Notes under the pieces: generated by a model
What the model was told of the DNA's origin: nothing
The model's input: the letters and a program-made list of their open reading frames with translations, nothing else
The model's database searches: none
Shown: positions 45,556-54,767 of the stretch, piece by piece
How positions within the stretch are numbered: the stretch's first letter is position 1
Layout of the letters: the number at the start of each line of letters is the position of its first letter
From: Alteromonadaceae bacterium M269
Lineage (GTDB): Bacteria > Pseudomonadota > Gammaproteobacteria > Enterobacterales > Alteromonadaceae
Direction: 5' to 3'
Assembly: GCA_004353515.1 (NCBI GenBank)
Contig: SMNZ01000004.1
Coordinates: forward strand, 328,360-392,359
DNA length: 64,000 bases
Position numbers and translations under genes: made by a program

Positions 45556-45738
45556 TTAGTTAATAACCGGAACACCAGGAAATGGGAAAGGTGTTGGCTG
45601 TTGTGGAGCAGGCTCGCACACAAAGTCACGACCCACAAATCGACAGACTTGCTCTGCCTGAATGCCCATACCACCAGCAACATGATTAATTTCCATATCT
45701 GAGAGTTCAGTTAAGTTTCTTTTGATACTATTTTCCAT
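45556..45738 (-). CDS. Double-glycine leader peptide precursor (bacteriocin/microcin- or signal-peptide-like); predicted 37-aa core with 2 Cys and a Pro-rich tail
   Basis: Leader MENSIKRNLTELSDMEINHVAGG fits the GG-leader consensus exactly: hydrophobics at -4 (V), -7 (I), -12 (L), -15 (L), Glu at -8, Ser at -11. Core MGIQAEQVCRFVGRDFVCEPAPQQPTPFPFPGVPVIN. AAGGA RBS 6 nt upstream of the ATG. Confidence 0.6.
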   Translation of the reverse strand: MENSIKRNLTELSDMEINHVAGGMGIQAEQVCRFVGRDFVCEPAPQQPTPFPFPGVPVIN

Positions 45739-45768
45739 TACTTATCCTTATCAATTTATTGAACTTTT

Positions 45769-45801
45769 ACTGATTAACTACCTTTAAAATACTTAATCAG
45801 T
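45769..45801. promoter_or_regulatory. Inverted repeat ACTGATTAA-N15-TTAATCAGT, 31-63 bp upstream of the peptide-gene ATG
   Basis: Read in the sequence. Located in the 155-bp gap between the kinase gene stop and the peptide gene. Confidence 0.3.
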
Positions 45802-45892
45802 GAATAAGATAATATGGAGTTTTGAGGTTACGAATAACTGTACAGAAGTTCAGTTCTATAAGGGTAGTTCTGATAATGAGGTATGGAGCTAA

Positions 45893-47374
45893 TTAAGCCG
45901 CTTTTGCCAAACCAAAAGTAAAACGCGTGCCTTTACCTAACTCACTCTCAACACGGATATCTGAGTCCAGCAATGTTAGGAGTTTCTTGCTGATAGGTAA
46001 TCCCAACCCGGCATGAGTACCATCTTCAACATTGGTATTCTCGGCTTGGAATCTCGGATCAAATATTTTCGGAATATCGAGTTCACTAATACCTATGCCG
46101 TTATCAATAACATCAAAGCGCACACGACCAGACTCTTCGTATACACGGATCTCAATTTTACCGCCTTTGTTAGTATGGCGAATGGCGTTATCGATAATAT
46201 TAGAAAGAACACGCTCAAGCTTACCCATGTCGGTATAAACCTGATAATTAAACTGTGAAGGGTTAATCACAATCTCTAAAGATCTTTCTTGCGCTTGCTC
46301 CTGGAACTTAGCAACGACGTCATAGATAAGTTCAGCTACAGGGAAAGCCTCTTTCTCAAGATAATACTGGCCAGTTTCCAAATAAGTATATTCGAACATC
46401 TGATTGATCAATTGCTGCAAGTTTTGCGCGCTGCGTCGACAAACACTGACATACCTTGCTCGCTGTTCATCATTCAAGCTCGCACTCGAGGTTTGTAGCA
46501 TTTCCATATACCCCTGGAGCTTGGCCAAAGGTGTACGTAAATCATGTGCTAGATTTGCCAACATCTCTCGACGCATAGAATCAAGTTGCTGCAGTTCTTC
46601 GAACTGTGAATGAATATGGTCAAGGGTGTTGTTAAAGGCAGTTCCTAACTTATGAACTTCATTGCTACTCTGAGCTTCCCAACTCATTTTACCTTTTTGT
46701 ACTGCATCAGGTGTAAAGTCAGCTGATGTCACCGCTTGCATGGCTTTACTCAGTGACCGCAAAGGTGCCGTAAAGTAGCGGAATAGCGCCAATAAAAGGC
46801 CTAATAATAACATCAAGCTAATGGCAACGAACAAAGCCCACCTTTGCATCGACTTATCATCATTGAGCATGCTGACTACAGAGTCGTATTGCTTACCACC
46901 GATAATGACATACAAATAACCTTGCATGCCTTGCTCAGAGGCTAATGAAGCTGCTGAGAAAACCTTCCCGGTATCACTATGCAATGGATCATCGCCGCGA
47001 ATTGCCGAGCTTTTATCGTTACTGATAAAACCTTGAATAGGTGTTAGGTCAACTTTATCACGCTCAAGTGGTGCACTATTTTCAACACGATGCGTCACTT
47101 GCCCCGTTGTATCCAACAGATAAAACTCAAAGCCAGGCATAAGCCGGCTTAAATCACTCAGTATGGTGTTGACTCTTTGAGGTTGCTCGTTAGCACGATT
47201 TAACTCAGGGTAGTTTTTAACAAGCTCTTGCGCTAAATCGGCATGCAAAAGCTGTTGGGCATGAAGCTGCGTATTCATTTGTAGATGACTGCTCCACCAT
47301 AGGAATAGCCCAATCACCAGCATAAAAACGCCGACCACAGAAATGGCTAAACGCTGGTAGAAACACAACTTCAT
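45893..47374 (-). CDS. Sensor histidine kinase (EnvZ/PhoQ-like: TM-periplasmic domain-TM-HAMP-HisKA-HATPase)
   Basis: H-box LAHDLRTPLAKLQGY. N/G boxes (IIDNAIRHT; GLGLPISKKLL). Two TM segments flank a ~150-aa periplasmic domain. Confidence 0.85.
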   Translation of the reverse strand: MKLCFYQRLAISVVGVFMLVIGLFLWWSSHLQMNTQLHAQQLLHADLAQELVKNYPELNRANEQPQRVNTILSDLSRLMPGFEFYLLDTTGQVTHRVENSAPLERDKVDLTPIQGFISNDKSSAIRGDDPLHSDTGKVFSAASLASEQGMQGYLYVIIGGKQYDSVVSMLNDDKSMQRWALFVAISLMLLLGLLLALFRYFTAPLRSLSKAMQAVTSADFTPDAVQKGKMSWEAQSSNEVHKLGTAFNNTLDHIHSQFEELQQLDSMRREMLANLAHDLRTPLAKLQGYMEMLQTSSASLNDEQRARYVSVCRRSAQNLQQLINQMFEYTYLETGQYYLEKEAFPVAELIYDVVAKFQEQAQERSLEIVINPSQFNYQVYTDMGKLERVLSNIIDNAIRHTNKGGKIEIRVYEESGRVRFDVIDNGIGISELDIPKIFDPRFQAENTNVEDGTHAGLGLPISKKLLTLLDSDIRVESELGKGTRFTFGLAKAA

Positions 47375-47379
47375 TAATA

Positions 47380-48096
47380 TTAAACGCCCTGTAAGTTAAA
47401 CTTGTAACCCACACCCCAAACCGTTTGTACAATTTTAGGTGCTGCCGCATCTTGCTCAATCTTCGCTCTAAGGCGATTAACGTGAGAGTTAACCGTATGC
47501 TCATAACCGCTATGGTGATATCCCCAAACAGCCTCTAATAACTGTGCACGAGAAAATACCTGATTTGGGTGATTAGCAAGGTGTAACAATAATTCGAACT
47601 CAGTTGCAGTAAGGTCGAGTTCTTTTTCATCTAAGAAAGCCTGATGCGTTTTTTGATCAATCGTTAGTTTACCGATAACCAGTGCATCATCTTCATTAGT
47701 ATCTGACTCACTAGAAGCTTTCTGAATGACATGCACTTTTCGTAATTGTGAACGAACACGAGCTTGAAGCTCTCTCACACTAAATGGCTTAGTCATGTAA
47801 TCATCAGCGCCGAGCTCTAAGCCAAGTACGCGATCTGTTTCAGAATTCTTGGCAGTCAACATGATGATCGCTTGCTCGGGGTTTGCGTCCCTAACACGTC
47901 GACAAATGTCCAGACCATTTACATTGGGTAGCATCACATCCAGAATCAGCAATGCATAATCATTTGATAATGCACTATCAAGGCCTTGCTGACCGTCATT
48001 GCAGTGAGTCACTTCAACGCCCAGCTCTTCAAGGTTAATTCGGATCAGCTCTGCAATATCCGCATCATCTTCAACGACTAAAACTTTATCTGACAT
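47380..48096 (-). CDS. OmpR-family response regulator (REC + winged-helix)
   Basis: VLVVEDD…LLILDVMLPNVNG receiver domain and C-terminal Trans_reg_C (LTATEFELLLHLANHPNQVFSRAQLLEAVWG). AGGAAG RBS before the ATG at 48096 (MSDKVLVVEDD). Confidence 0.9.
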   Translation of the reverse strand: MSDKVLVVEDDADIAELIRINLEELGVEVTHCNDGQQGLDSALSNDYALLILDVMLPNVNGLDICRRVRDANPEQAIIMLTAKNSETDRVLGLELGADDYMTKPFSVRELQARVRSQLRKVHVIQKASSESDTNEDDALVIGKLTIDQKTHQAFLDEKELDLTATEFELLLHLANHPNQVFSRAQLLEAVWGYHHSGYEHTVNSHVNRLRAKIEQDAAAPKIVQTVWGVGYKFNLQGV

Positions 48097-48369
48097 TAAT
48101 CTTCCTACGTATCTCAAAACATTCAATGCCTATTCTAGGCTACATCTTGAACAAAACTGAATCTCTTTTTTCAACGATCAAGACTGAACGCTTTATCTAT
48201 GGCAACAATAGCGTCCAAATATCGCGTGAATATCACGAAATATTAGACTTTTGCTCCAAATTTATAGCGAAGATAATCTGGTGAACGCTAGATAGACACT
48301 AGGCTTGAGGGAAATGCTGAAAAGAGAACGCAATAAAAAATCATATATAGTGCGACCTCTTAGCATCAA

Positions 48370-49215
48370 TTAATATAAGAGGCTGTATATTTTTCGGCGA
48401 TAAACGCCAGCTAGGGGATCCCCATCTGGTAGTGCGTTAATCATATCTAGCGTCAGCTTTTTCGCCTCACCAAAATTAAGGTCTTTTTGTAAAACAGTCA
48501 GTAACAGAGCTAGCGCTTCTTCTGTTCGGTTCGCTTGCTGCAGCTGTACACCAAGCTTCACCTTTAACTCCAAATCATCAGGCGACTTTTCAAGTTCAGC
48601 TTCAAGTGCTTTTATCTCAGGTGATTCAGCCGCTTGTTCTGCCAATTCAATCTTGCCTAATAAAACAGAATATTGATGATCCTGATCGACCAAACCAACC
48701 GTTCCCAACAGTTCTTTTGCTTGCGCAATGCGCCCAAGTTCAATATAGATATCAGTCAACACGAACTTGATATCTACCCGTTGATTATCAATATCGTAAG
48801 CTTGCTTCGCCAGACCAAAAGCCTGTTGATAATCTTGTTCAGCAATTAACGCTTGGGCCTGGGCTAAAAGACCATCTTCAACTTTAGGCAAGTGCTTTTC
48901 TAACAATGCTCGAACTTCGGCTTCTTCTTGAGGCCCTGCAAAACCATCTATGGGTTGGCTTTCTTTCACCAACATAACAGTTGGAAGACCACGCACACCA
49001 AATTGCTGTGCTATTTGTTGCTGCTCATCACAGTTTACTTTAGCCAGAATCAAGTCACTTGGATACTCAGCAGCAATTCTCTCAAGCATTGCCATGGTTT
49101 GTAGACTTGATTCGTCCCACTCTGCCCAGAAGCCGACCATGATAAGTGTTTGCTTAGATTGCTCAATAATGACCTGCTGGAAATTCTCAAGCGTGATATG
49201 TACTATGTTGTCCAT
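48370..49215 (-). CDS. ybbN: Thioredoxin-like/TPR co-chaperone (YbbN/CnoX family)
   Basis: N-terminal thioredoxin fold lacking the CxxC (…VGFWAEWDESS…) followed by TPR-like helical repeats. Confidence 0.7.
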   Translation of the reverse strand: MDNIVHITLENFQQVIIEQSKQTLIMVGFWAEWDESSLQTMAMLERIAAEYPSDLILAKVNCDEQQQIAQQFGVRGLPTVMLVKESQPIDGFAGPQEEAEVRALLEKHLPKVEDGLLAQAQALIAEQDYQQAFGLAKQAYDIDNQRVDIKFVLTDIYIELGRIAQAKELLGTVGLVDQDHQYSVLLGKIELAEQAAESPEIKALEAELEKSPDDLELKVKLGVQLQQANRTEEALALLLTVLQKDLNFGEAKKLTLDMINALPDGDPLAGVYRRKIYSLLY

Positions 49216-49336
49216 GAATTAAGTAGCTCGCTGGCGTTATGTAATTGCCTATTATGTGGGGTTTATCTTCCACAAAACAAGGCCAAGATTTACCAAGCTC
49301 AGTGAAAGCATACAAGCCAAGTTGAGGGTCTGAGAA

Positions 49337-49642
49337 ATGAAGAGAGAATATCAATCATTTAAAGAGTTTTATCCTTATTATCTAAAAGAACATCGCAACA
49401 AAGTATGCCGCCGACTGCACTTTATTGGCTCATTGTTCGTCTTAGCTATTATTGCCTGGTCAGTCTCAACGGCAACTTGGTGGGGCTTAGCATTAACACC
49501 AGTCTGTGGCTACGGATTTGCTTGGGTAGGACACTTCTTTTTTGAGAAAAACAAACCAGCTACATTTGATTATCCCCTGTATAGCTTAGCGGGTGACTGG
49601 GTGATGTTTAGAGATATATTGACGGGCAAATTGAGATTTTAA
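49337..49642 (+). CDS. DUF962 (Mpo1-like) small membrane protein
   Basis: 101 aa, EFYPYYLKEH…HFIG…GHFFFEKNKPATF matches the DUF962 pattern. Confidence 0.6.
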   Translation: MKREYQSFKEFYPYYLKEHRNKVCRRLHFIGSLFVLAIIAWSVSTATWWGLALTPVCGYGFAWVGHFFFEKNKPATFDYPLYSLAGDWVMFRDILTGKLRF

Positions 49643-49817
49643 GGGGCGATATTAACTCCCTTTGTCCCATTAATAACCAACTTTCTATCTTCCCGCTCAA
49701 TAGCTCGCACATACTATTCATTACCCTAATTTTATTTTGGATAAATGTTCGACCTCATTTATGATCTCGCTAACTATTGTTTTTAGTGATCTATACATCA
49801 CATGGAGAAACTCAAAG

Positions 49818-50426
49818 ATGCAGAAAGCTGATTCAAAAGATTATCGAAGCTACGTAATTTCAGCGGCCATAGGACTGTCAATTTTTCTATTTGGCCTTTT
49901 TTCAGATGGAGTATCAAGACCGACATTAATAATTATTTCTATATCCATTTTTTTACTTCTCTTTGTTCTAGTTAAACAGATTGATGCATATGGAGACAAA
50001 GAAAACCAATACACAAAAGTTAAAGGAAGAGAAGGGAAAGAACTTATCAAACCAATTAAAGCAGCCGAAAGGTCCATCGTCCTCACAACATTTTCAGAAG
50101 ATAAGCCGTCCCCTAAATACCTCAAAGCTTTAATGAAAAAACTTAATGATAATGTTTCTATTACTCGCTTTATCACTCAAGAGTTGGAAAACAATAGACC
50201 TGAATGGCTCAAACAGTTCGATAAAAACAGTATGCCAAATTACGAAGAAAAGGTGATACAAGGGAAAGCTCTCCCCTTTGACGTCTATATTTTTGATGAG
50301 AAGCTTACTTATGCCTACTTCCCACCAGCAGGTGAACATAAACTTTTTAAAGAGGGGAGTGTTTTTCATTCAACCTATATGGCCTCTAACTATAGAGCTG
50401 CTTTGGATAAATCAACTCAGATTTAA
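49818..50426 (+). CDS. Hypothetical membrane-anchored protein (AT-rich gene)
   Basis: GGAGAAA RBS before the ATG of MQKADSK. Two TM segments then a soluble domain. No family recognised. Confidence 0.45.
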   Translation: MQKADSKDYRSYVISAAIGLSIFLFGLFSDGVSRPTLIIISISIFLLLFVLVKQIDAYGDKENQYTKVKGREGKELIKPIKAAERSIVLTTFSEDKPSPKYLKALMKKLNDNVSITRFITQELENNRPEWLKQFDKNSMPNYEEKVIQGKALPFDVYIFDEKLTYAYFPPAGEHKLFKEGSVFHSTYMASNYRAALDKSTQI

Positions 50427-50502
50427 GAAATGGAGAAACCTTTTTCGGTGTATACCTCATCTACGAGACAAGCAACTAATAACTATTAAATAAGGCTCAA
50501 AA

Positions 50503-50940
50503 ATGACAATCAAGGTTTATCTTTCCGGTGAAATTCACACAGACTGGCGTCAGCAGATTATCTCGGGTTGTTCAGGTTTAGATATCGAATTTTCATCTGC
50601 TGCGACTGATCACGATGCAAGTGATGCTGCGGGTGATTTACTAGGCCCTGAAGAAAACAACTTTTGGCGCGATCATAAATCTGCCAAAGTAAATGCTATA
50701 CGCACCCAAACAATGATAGAAAAGTGTGACATCGCCATCATAAGGTTTGGTGATAAATACAAGCAATGGAATGCGGCGTTTGATGCAGGTTATTGTGCCG
50801 CCCTAGGCAAGCCTTATATCACACTTCACAGTGAAGACATCATTCATCCCCTCAAAGAAGTTGATGCGGCGGCATATGCTTGGGCAACAACACCAGAACA
50901 GGTTGTTGGTATATTACGTTACGTTATCGATAACCAATAA
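50503..50940 (+). CDS. ytoQ: YtoQ-family protein (nucleoside 2-deoxyribosyltransferase-like fold)
   Basis: N-terminus MTIKVYLSGEIHTDWRQQI is the characteristic YtoQ start. Length 145 aa. Confidence 0.65.
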   Translation: MTIKVYLSGEIHTDWRQQIISGCSGLDIEFSSAATDHDASDAAGDLLGPEENNFWRDHKSAKVNAIRTQTMIEKCDIAIIRFGDKYKQWNAAFDAGYCAALGKPYITLHSEDIIHPLKEVDAAAYAWATTPEQVVGILRYVIDNQ

Positions 50941-50967
50941 AACCAGACTAAACAAAAAGGATTGACA

Positions 50968-51288
50968 ATGAAGTACATAGTCACTATTGCATTACTTCTA
51001 TTTTCTTTTACCTCAAATGCAGGTCAATGGACATCAAGCCAAGGGAAAGATGTAGGTATTGTTAACCCTGGAGCATTTCCTGGAAAGAGCTCTTTTATAA
51101 CACTCATTGATGAAACCTTTGCGGGCTGTTCTCGAAATGATGGAGCAGCTCTGAATGAGAGTAATCCAAACTACAATGAGATATACAGCCTATTACTGGC
51201 AGCAAAAATGGGCGAGAAGAAAGTACGAATTTACTATGAGGGATGCTTATTAAACCTACCTGTAATAAAGCAAGCTTACATTCTTTGA
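50968..51288 (+). CDS. Small secreted protein (signal peptide, 2 Cys)
   Basis: AAGGA RBS; MKYIVTIALLLFSFTSNAGQ signal peptide. Confidence 0.5.
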   Translation: MKYIVTIALLLFSFTSNAGQWTSSQGKDVGIVNPGAFPGKSSFITLIDETFAGCSRNDGAALNESNPNYNEIYSLLLAAKMGEKKVRIYYEGCLLNLPVIKQAYIL

Positions 51289-51375
51289 AGAATACACAGT
51301 CCATAGCAAGCACTTAATTGTCTTACTTGTCGTGTTTATCCGCGGCAAGCCTCAAATTGATTCTATTCGGTGGTG

Positions 51376-51876
51376 TTATTCAGCGTCTTTACTCAAAACC
51401 CGTTGCCAGTAACCCACATCAACCCATTCCCCAAACTTAAAACCAACTTGCTTAAAGTGCGCAACTTTCTCCATACCAAACTTTTCATGCAACGCTATGC
51501 TGGCTTGGTTAGGCAACGAAATACCGCCCATCACTGCATGCACACCTTTTTTGTGTAACTCGTTGAATAAGGCACTATAAAGCGATTTACCAAGCCCTTT
51601 CCCTTGATAATGTGGGTCCAGATAGACAGTAGATTCCACCGAGAATCGATAAGCTGCACGTCCTTTCCACTTGGTCGCGTAAGCGTATCCGGCCACTAAC
51701 TCTCCTTTGAGCGCCACCAGCCAGGGTAACTCCATCTCGTTCACAGCTAGAATACGCGATGCCATCTCTTCACCGGAAACTTCCGTCTCTTCGAACGTGG
51801 CAAGCGTATTCAAAATATAGTGATTGTATATATGCGCTATGTGTTTGGCGTCTTCTAATTTAGCGGCCCTAATCAT
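51376..51876 (-). CDS. GNAT-family N-acetyltransferase (PAT-like)
   Basis: Acetyl-CoA binding motif QGKGLGKSLYSALF. Confidence 0.8.
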   Translation of the reverse strand: MIRAAKLEDAKHIAHIYNHYILNTLATFEETEVSGEEMASRILAVNEMELPWLVALKGELVAGYAYATKWKGRAAYRFSVESTVYLDPHYQGKGLGKSLYSALFNELHKKGVHAVMGGISLPNQASIALHEKFGMEKVAHFKQVGFKFGEWVDVGYWQRVLSKDAE

Positions 51877-51900
51877 ACCCTTGTCTCATTTAATGAATTT

Positions 51901-52356
51901 TTAAAACACTTTGGTCATAAATCGACTATTTGGATCATCCTCATAATCCGCAAAAGGTTCACAATACACAAAACCAAATTTTTCATACAAGGAACGTGCG
52001 GGTTTAAAAAACGCCATTGAACCTGTTTCAAGGCTAATTCTCTCAAACTCGAAGGTTCGACAGTACGCAAAAATATGTTCAAGTAATGCTTTCCCTGTTC
52101 CTTTATTTCTCATGTTCGTTGGCGTCCTCATCGATTTAAGTTCAGCATGTTTATTGTCTAGCTTTTTTATCGCGACACATCCCATCAAAACATCATTTTC
52201 CCAAGCACTGAAGAAGGTGATAGCAGGATCTTTTAGCGCATTAACATCCAAAGCATGTACACTCTCAGCTGGCGAGGTTGCATACATATCAGCAAGGTGT
52301 TCTTTTAGGAGAGCGATAACTTTTCCATTTTCTAAATTATCTTGTTTGATAAGCAT
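51901..52356 (-). CDS. GNAT-family N-acetyltransferase
   Basis: RNKGTGKALLEHIF acetyl-CoA motif. Confidence 0.8.
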   Translation of the reverse strand: MLIKQDNLENGKVIALLKEHLADMYATSPAESVHALDVNALKDPAITFFSAWENDVLMGCVAIKKLDNKHAELKSMRTPTNMRNKGTGKALLEHIFAYCRTFEFERISLETGSMAFFKPARSLYEKFGFVYCEPFADYEDDPNSRFMTKVF

Positions 52357-52381
52357 AACAACCCCTTTCTCAGCAAACCGG

Positions 52382-52804
52382 TTAGCGACGATTCTCTTTA
52401 CGAATAACCAGCTTCAACCCAGACCAGACATCGTCTACAGCACATACTTTTACGTCAACTAATCCCAAAGGCAAAGCGACCTCTCGCACTGTATTCTCTG
52501 TTATATCCGTTTCAACCTTAGATGACTTTTTTGGCCACGAAACCCAAATCATGCCGCTTTGTTTCATTCGCTCCAGGTATTGAGGTAATAGGGATTCAAG
52601 CTCAGCCCTTTGCTTAGAAAAGACATGGATAAGATCAATATCAACTGACAACCTTTTGATGAAAGTCACGCGCTCTGGCAAAGGTGACAACAGCTCCAGA
52701 TACGCGTCGGGTGAATTTTTAACGTAAGCTCTGAAATCAGCTTTATACCCAAGCTTTTTGGCTAAAGGAGTTCCTGAATAACCTGACATGTCATAGTTCT
52801 CCAT
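52382..52804 (-). CDS. DUF3052-family protein
   Basis: N-terminal SGYSGTPLAKKLGYK is the hallmark start of this family (from memory). Confidence 0.5.
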   Translation of the reverse strand: MENYDMSGYSGTPLAKKLGYKADFRAYVKNSPDAYLELLSPLPERVTFIKRLSVDIDLIHVFSKQRAELESLLPQYLERMKQSGMIWVSWPKKSSKVETDITENTVREVALPLGLVDVKVCAVDDVWSGLKLVIRKENRR

Positions 52805-52810
52805 GAGCTA

Positions 52811-53284
52811 TCAATAACGATCGTGACTCAAGTCTTTAATATTAACTTCCCATTCCAAATCTTCTCCAGACTCATTCTTGAACGGAATACTAATCATCGA
52901 CTCCGAATCAGGCTGTATTACCCAATCATAATCTTCGCCTGACTTAATCATAATGACTTTATCATCCAATCTCCCAATAACTTCAAAGTGTATTGCATGC
53001 CATTTGTATTTTGTTTTATTGGTAACATTAGCGTTAATAATATACCGAGACGTATTTTTGATGCTGACTAAATTAATCGTTTCCATAGTGAACTGGTCAC
53101 TAAAATCTATGAACTCTTTCTTACTAAAAAAGGCTGTTTGATAAAACATGAAAAATATAAAAGGGAATACAAACAAATAGGAATAAAATTGAGGGTTGCG
53201 ATACCAACGTTGGTAAGAGCGGCAGTATTTACATACTTTAGAGTCAGACTCTATTTCTGAGCGACATGACTTACAAAGAATCAT
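52811..53284 (-). CDS. Zinc-ribbon + single-TM hypothetical protein (AT-rich)
   Basis: CKSC…CKYC at the N-terminus, an aromatic-rich TM, and a C-terminal beta-rich domain. Confidence 0.4.
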   Translation of the reverse strand: MILCKSCRSEIESDSKVCKYCRSYQRWYRNPQFYSYLFVFPFIFFMFYQTAFFSKKEFIDFSDQFTMETINLVSIKNTSRYIINANVTNKTKYKWHAIHFEVIGRLDDKVIMIKSGEDYDWVIQPDSESMISIPFKNESGEDLEWEVNIKDLSHDRY

Positions 53285-53377
53285 CGAATATCCTTTTCTA
53301 TCAGAAATTTATAAAATCCTAAACTAACTGTTTTCGTTGTAACTCTCAACTCAAAATTAACCTTCGAGTACGTCATC

Positions 53378-53494
53378 ATTCGCGAACAAGTTCGGCTCCT
53401 ACATCCAGTTAAACTTCATCTTGTAGGAGCAAGATTTATCTGCGAATAAATCCTCAAACCCATCAAATTTCGCGAACAAGTTCGGCTCCTACAT
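53378..53494. repeat. REP-like palindromic element cluster (TTCGCGAACAAGTTCGGCTCCTACA x2, with an inverted CTTGTAGGAGC partner)
   Basis: Read in the sequence. The same TGTAGGAGC…GCTCCTACA family recurs at 60276 and 63836. Confidence 0.7.
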
Positions 53495-53498
53495 AAGA

Positions 53499-54767
53499 TC
53501 AGCGAGCAAACTTCCTACGCATACCGAGTTTAAAATCGTTTTTCATATGCCGACAAAAAGAGCGAAAAACTCTAAGTCCTGGCTCAACGGGTAATCCTTC
53601 AGACAGCAGGATAATTTGCCAATAGTAAAAGCCGACTTGGCCAAAACTGTTAATGGCTTTAATCAGATTTAATGAACTGTTGTTCCCAAGAAAACCTTTG
53701 CCGAGAACCAAGCCTTGTTCGTAATCATCCAACTGCTCAAGTTCGCCTTTGATAAATTTTGAGGAACAGTTAGGTTGAGTACATAAAGGGCGGGCCAAGC
53801 CAATCACGTCTGTTTCACCTTTTTCAATAGCATTTTCCATAACGTCACGACTGCGAAAGCCACCTGTCACCATAATTGGAATATTTGCAGATGCCTTAAT
53901 TTTCTCAGCGTACTCAATAAAGTAAGCCTCACGTTTGCGTGTGCTTTCGCGAACCTCGGTCGGCTCGACACCCATCAAACTTAATTGTTCGTAGTTACCA
54001 CCAGAGATTTCAAGCAAATCAACACTGTCTTCACCTAACCATTGCGAAACTTGAATACAATCCTCTAAGCTAAATCCGCCTTTTTGAAAGTCAGCCGAAT
54101 TTAGTTTAACGCTAATAGGGAAATCATCACCAACCGCGGAGCGAACTTCACGAATAATCTCACGAATAATCCGTGCCCTGTTTTCCAACGAACCGCCCCA
54201 CTCATCAGTACGTTGATTTATTTTGGGAGATAAAAACTGGCTCAATAGATACCCGTGTGCGCAATGAATCTGCACACCGGTAAAACCGGCCTGTTTAACC
54301 AAGGCCGCAGAACGGGCAAAGCGCTGAATAACCTCCTGAATATCCTCTTCTGTCATCGCTTTTGGCTTACCAAAATTCCCTAATATGTCCAATTGAACAT
54401 CAGAGGGAGACAATGGCTTACTATTAATTAAGCGAGGGCACTGCCGTCCAGGGTGATTCAACTGCACCCATAATTGATTTCCACCAGCCGTTCCCTCCTC
54501 AGCCCAGTGTTTGAACAATTCCAAATATTTGTCATCTTCCAATACCACGTTACCCGCTCTTTCCAGATAACGTTTATCTATCATGACATTCCCAGTGATA
54601 TGCAACCCGGTGCCACCTTCAGACCAAGTGCGATAAAGCTGATTGTGCCGTCTTGTCGGCCTATCAAATTTATCTGCTAAACCTTCTGTCATGGCACTTT
54701 TAGCTAGCCTGTTGGGCAAGATGACACCGCATGGCAAAGTCAAGGTTTGGGCAAGTGGGCTGGTCAT
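53499..54767 (-). CDS. NADH:flavin oxidoreductase (Old Yellow Enzyme family)
   Basis: TIM-barrel OYE motifs (GFTGVQIHCAHGYLLSQFLSP; proton-donor region) and typical length. Confidence 0.85.
   Translation of the reverse strand: MTSPLAQTLTLPCGVILPNRLAKSAMTEGLADKFDRPTRRHNQLYRTWSEGGTGLHITGNVMIDKRYLERAGNVVLEDDKYLELFKHWAEEGTAGGNQLWVQLNHPGRQCPRLINSKPLSPSDVQLDILGNFGKPKAMTEEDIQEVIQRFARSAALVKQAGFTGVQIHCAHGYLLSQFLSPKINQRTDEWGGSLENRARIIREIIREVRSAVGDDFPISVKLNSADFQKGGFSLEDCIQVSQWLGEDSVDLLEISGGNYEQLSLMGVEPTEVRESTRKREAYFIEYAEKIKASANIPIMVTGGFRSRDVMENAIEKGETDVIGLARPLCTQPNCSSKFIKGELEQLDDYEQGLVLGKGFLGNNSSLNLIKAINSFGQVGFYYWQIILLSEGLPVEPGLRVFRSFCRHMKNDFKLGMRRKFAR

Noticed and set aside
45556-45738. GG-leader peptide as an NHLP/Nif11-type RiPP precursor
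   Set aside because: The leader is only 23 aa and follows the classical class II bacteriocin/ComC-type spacing; NHLP/Nif11 leaders are ~70-80 aa. No cyclodehydratase or radical-SAM partner is nearby.
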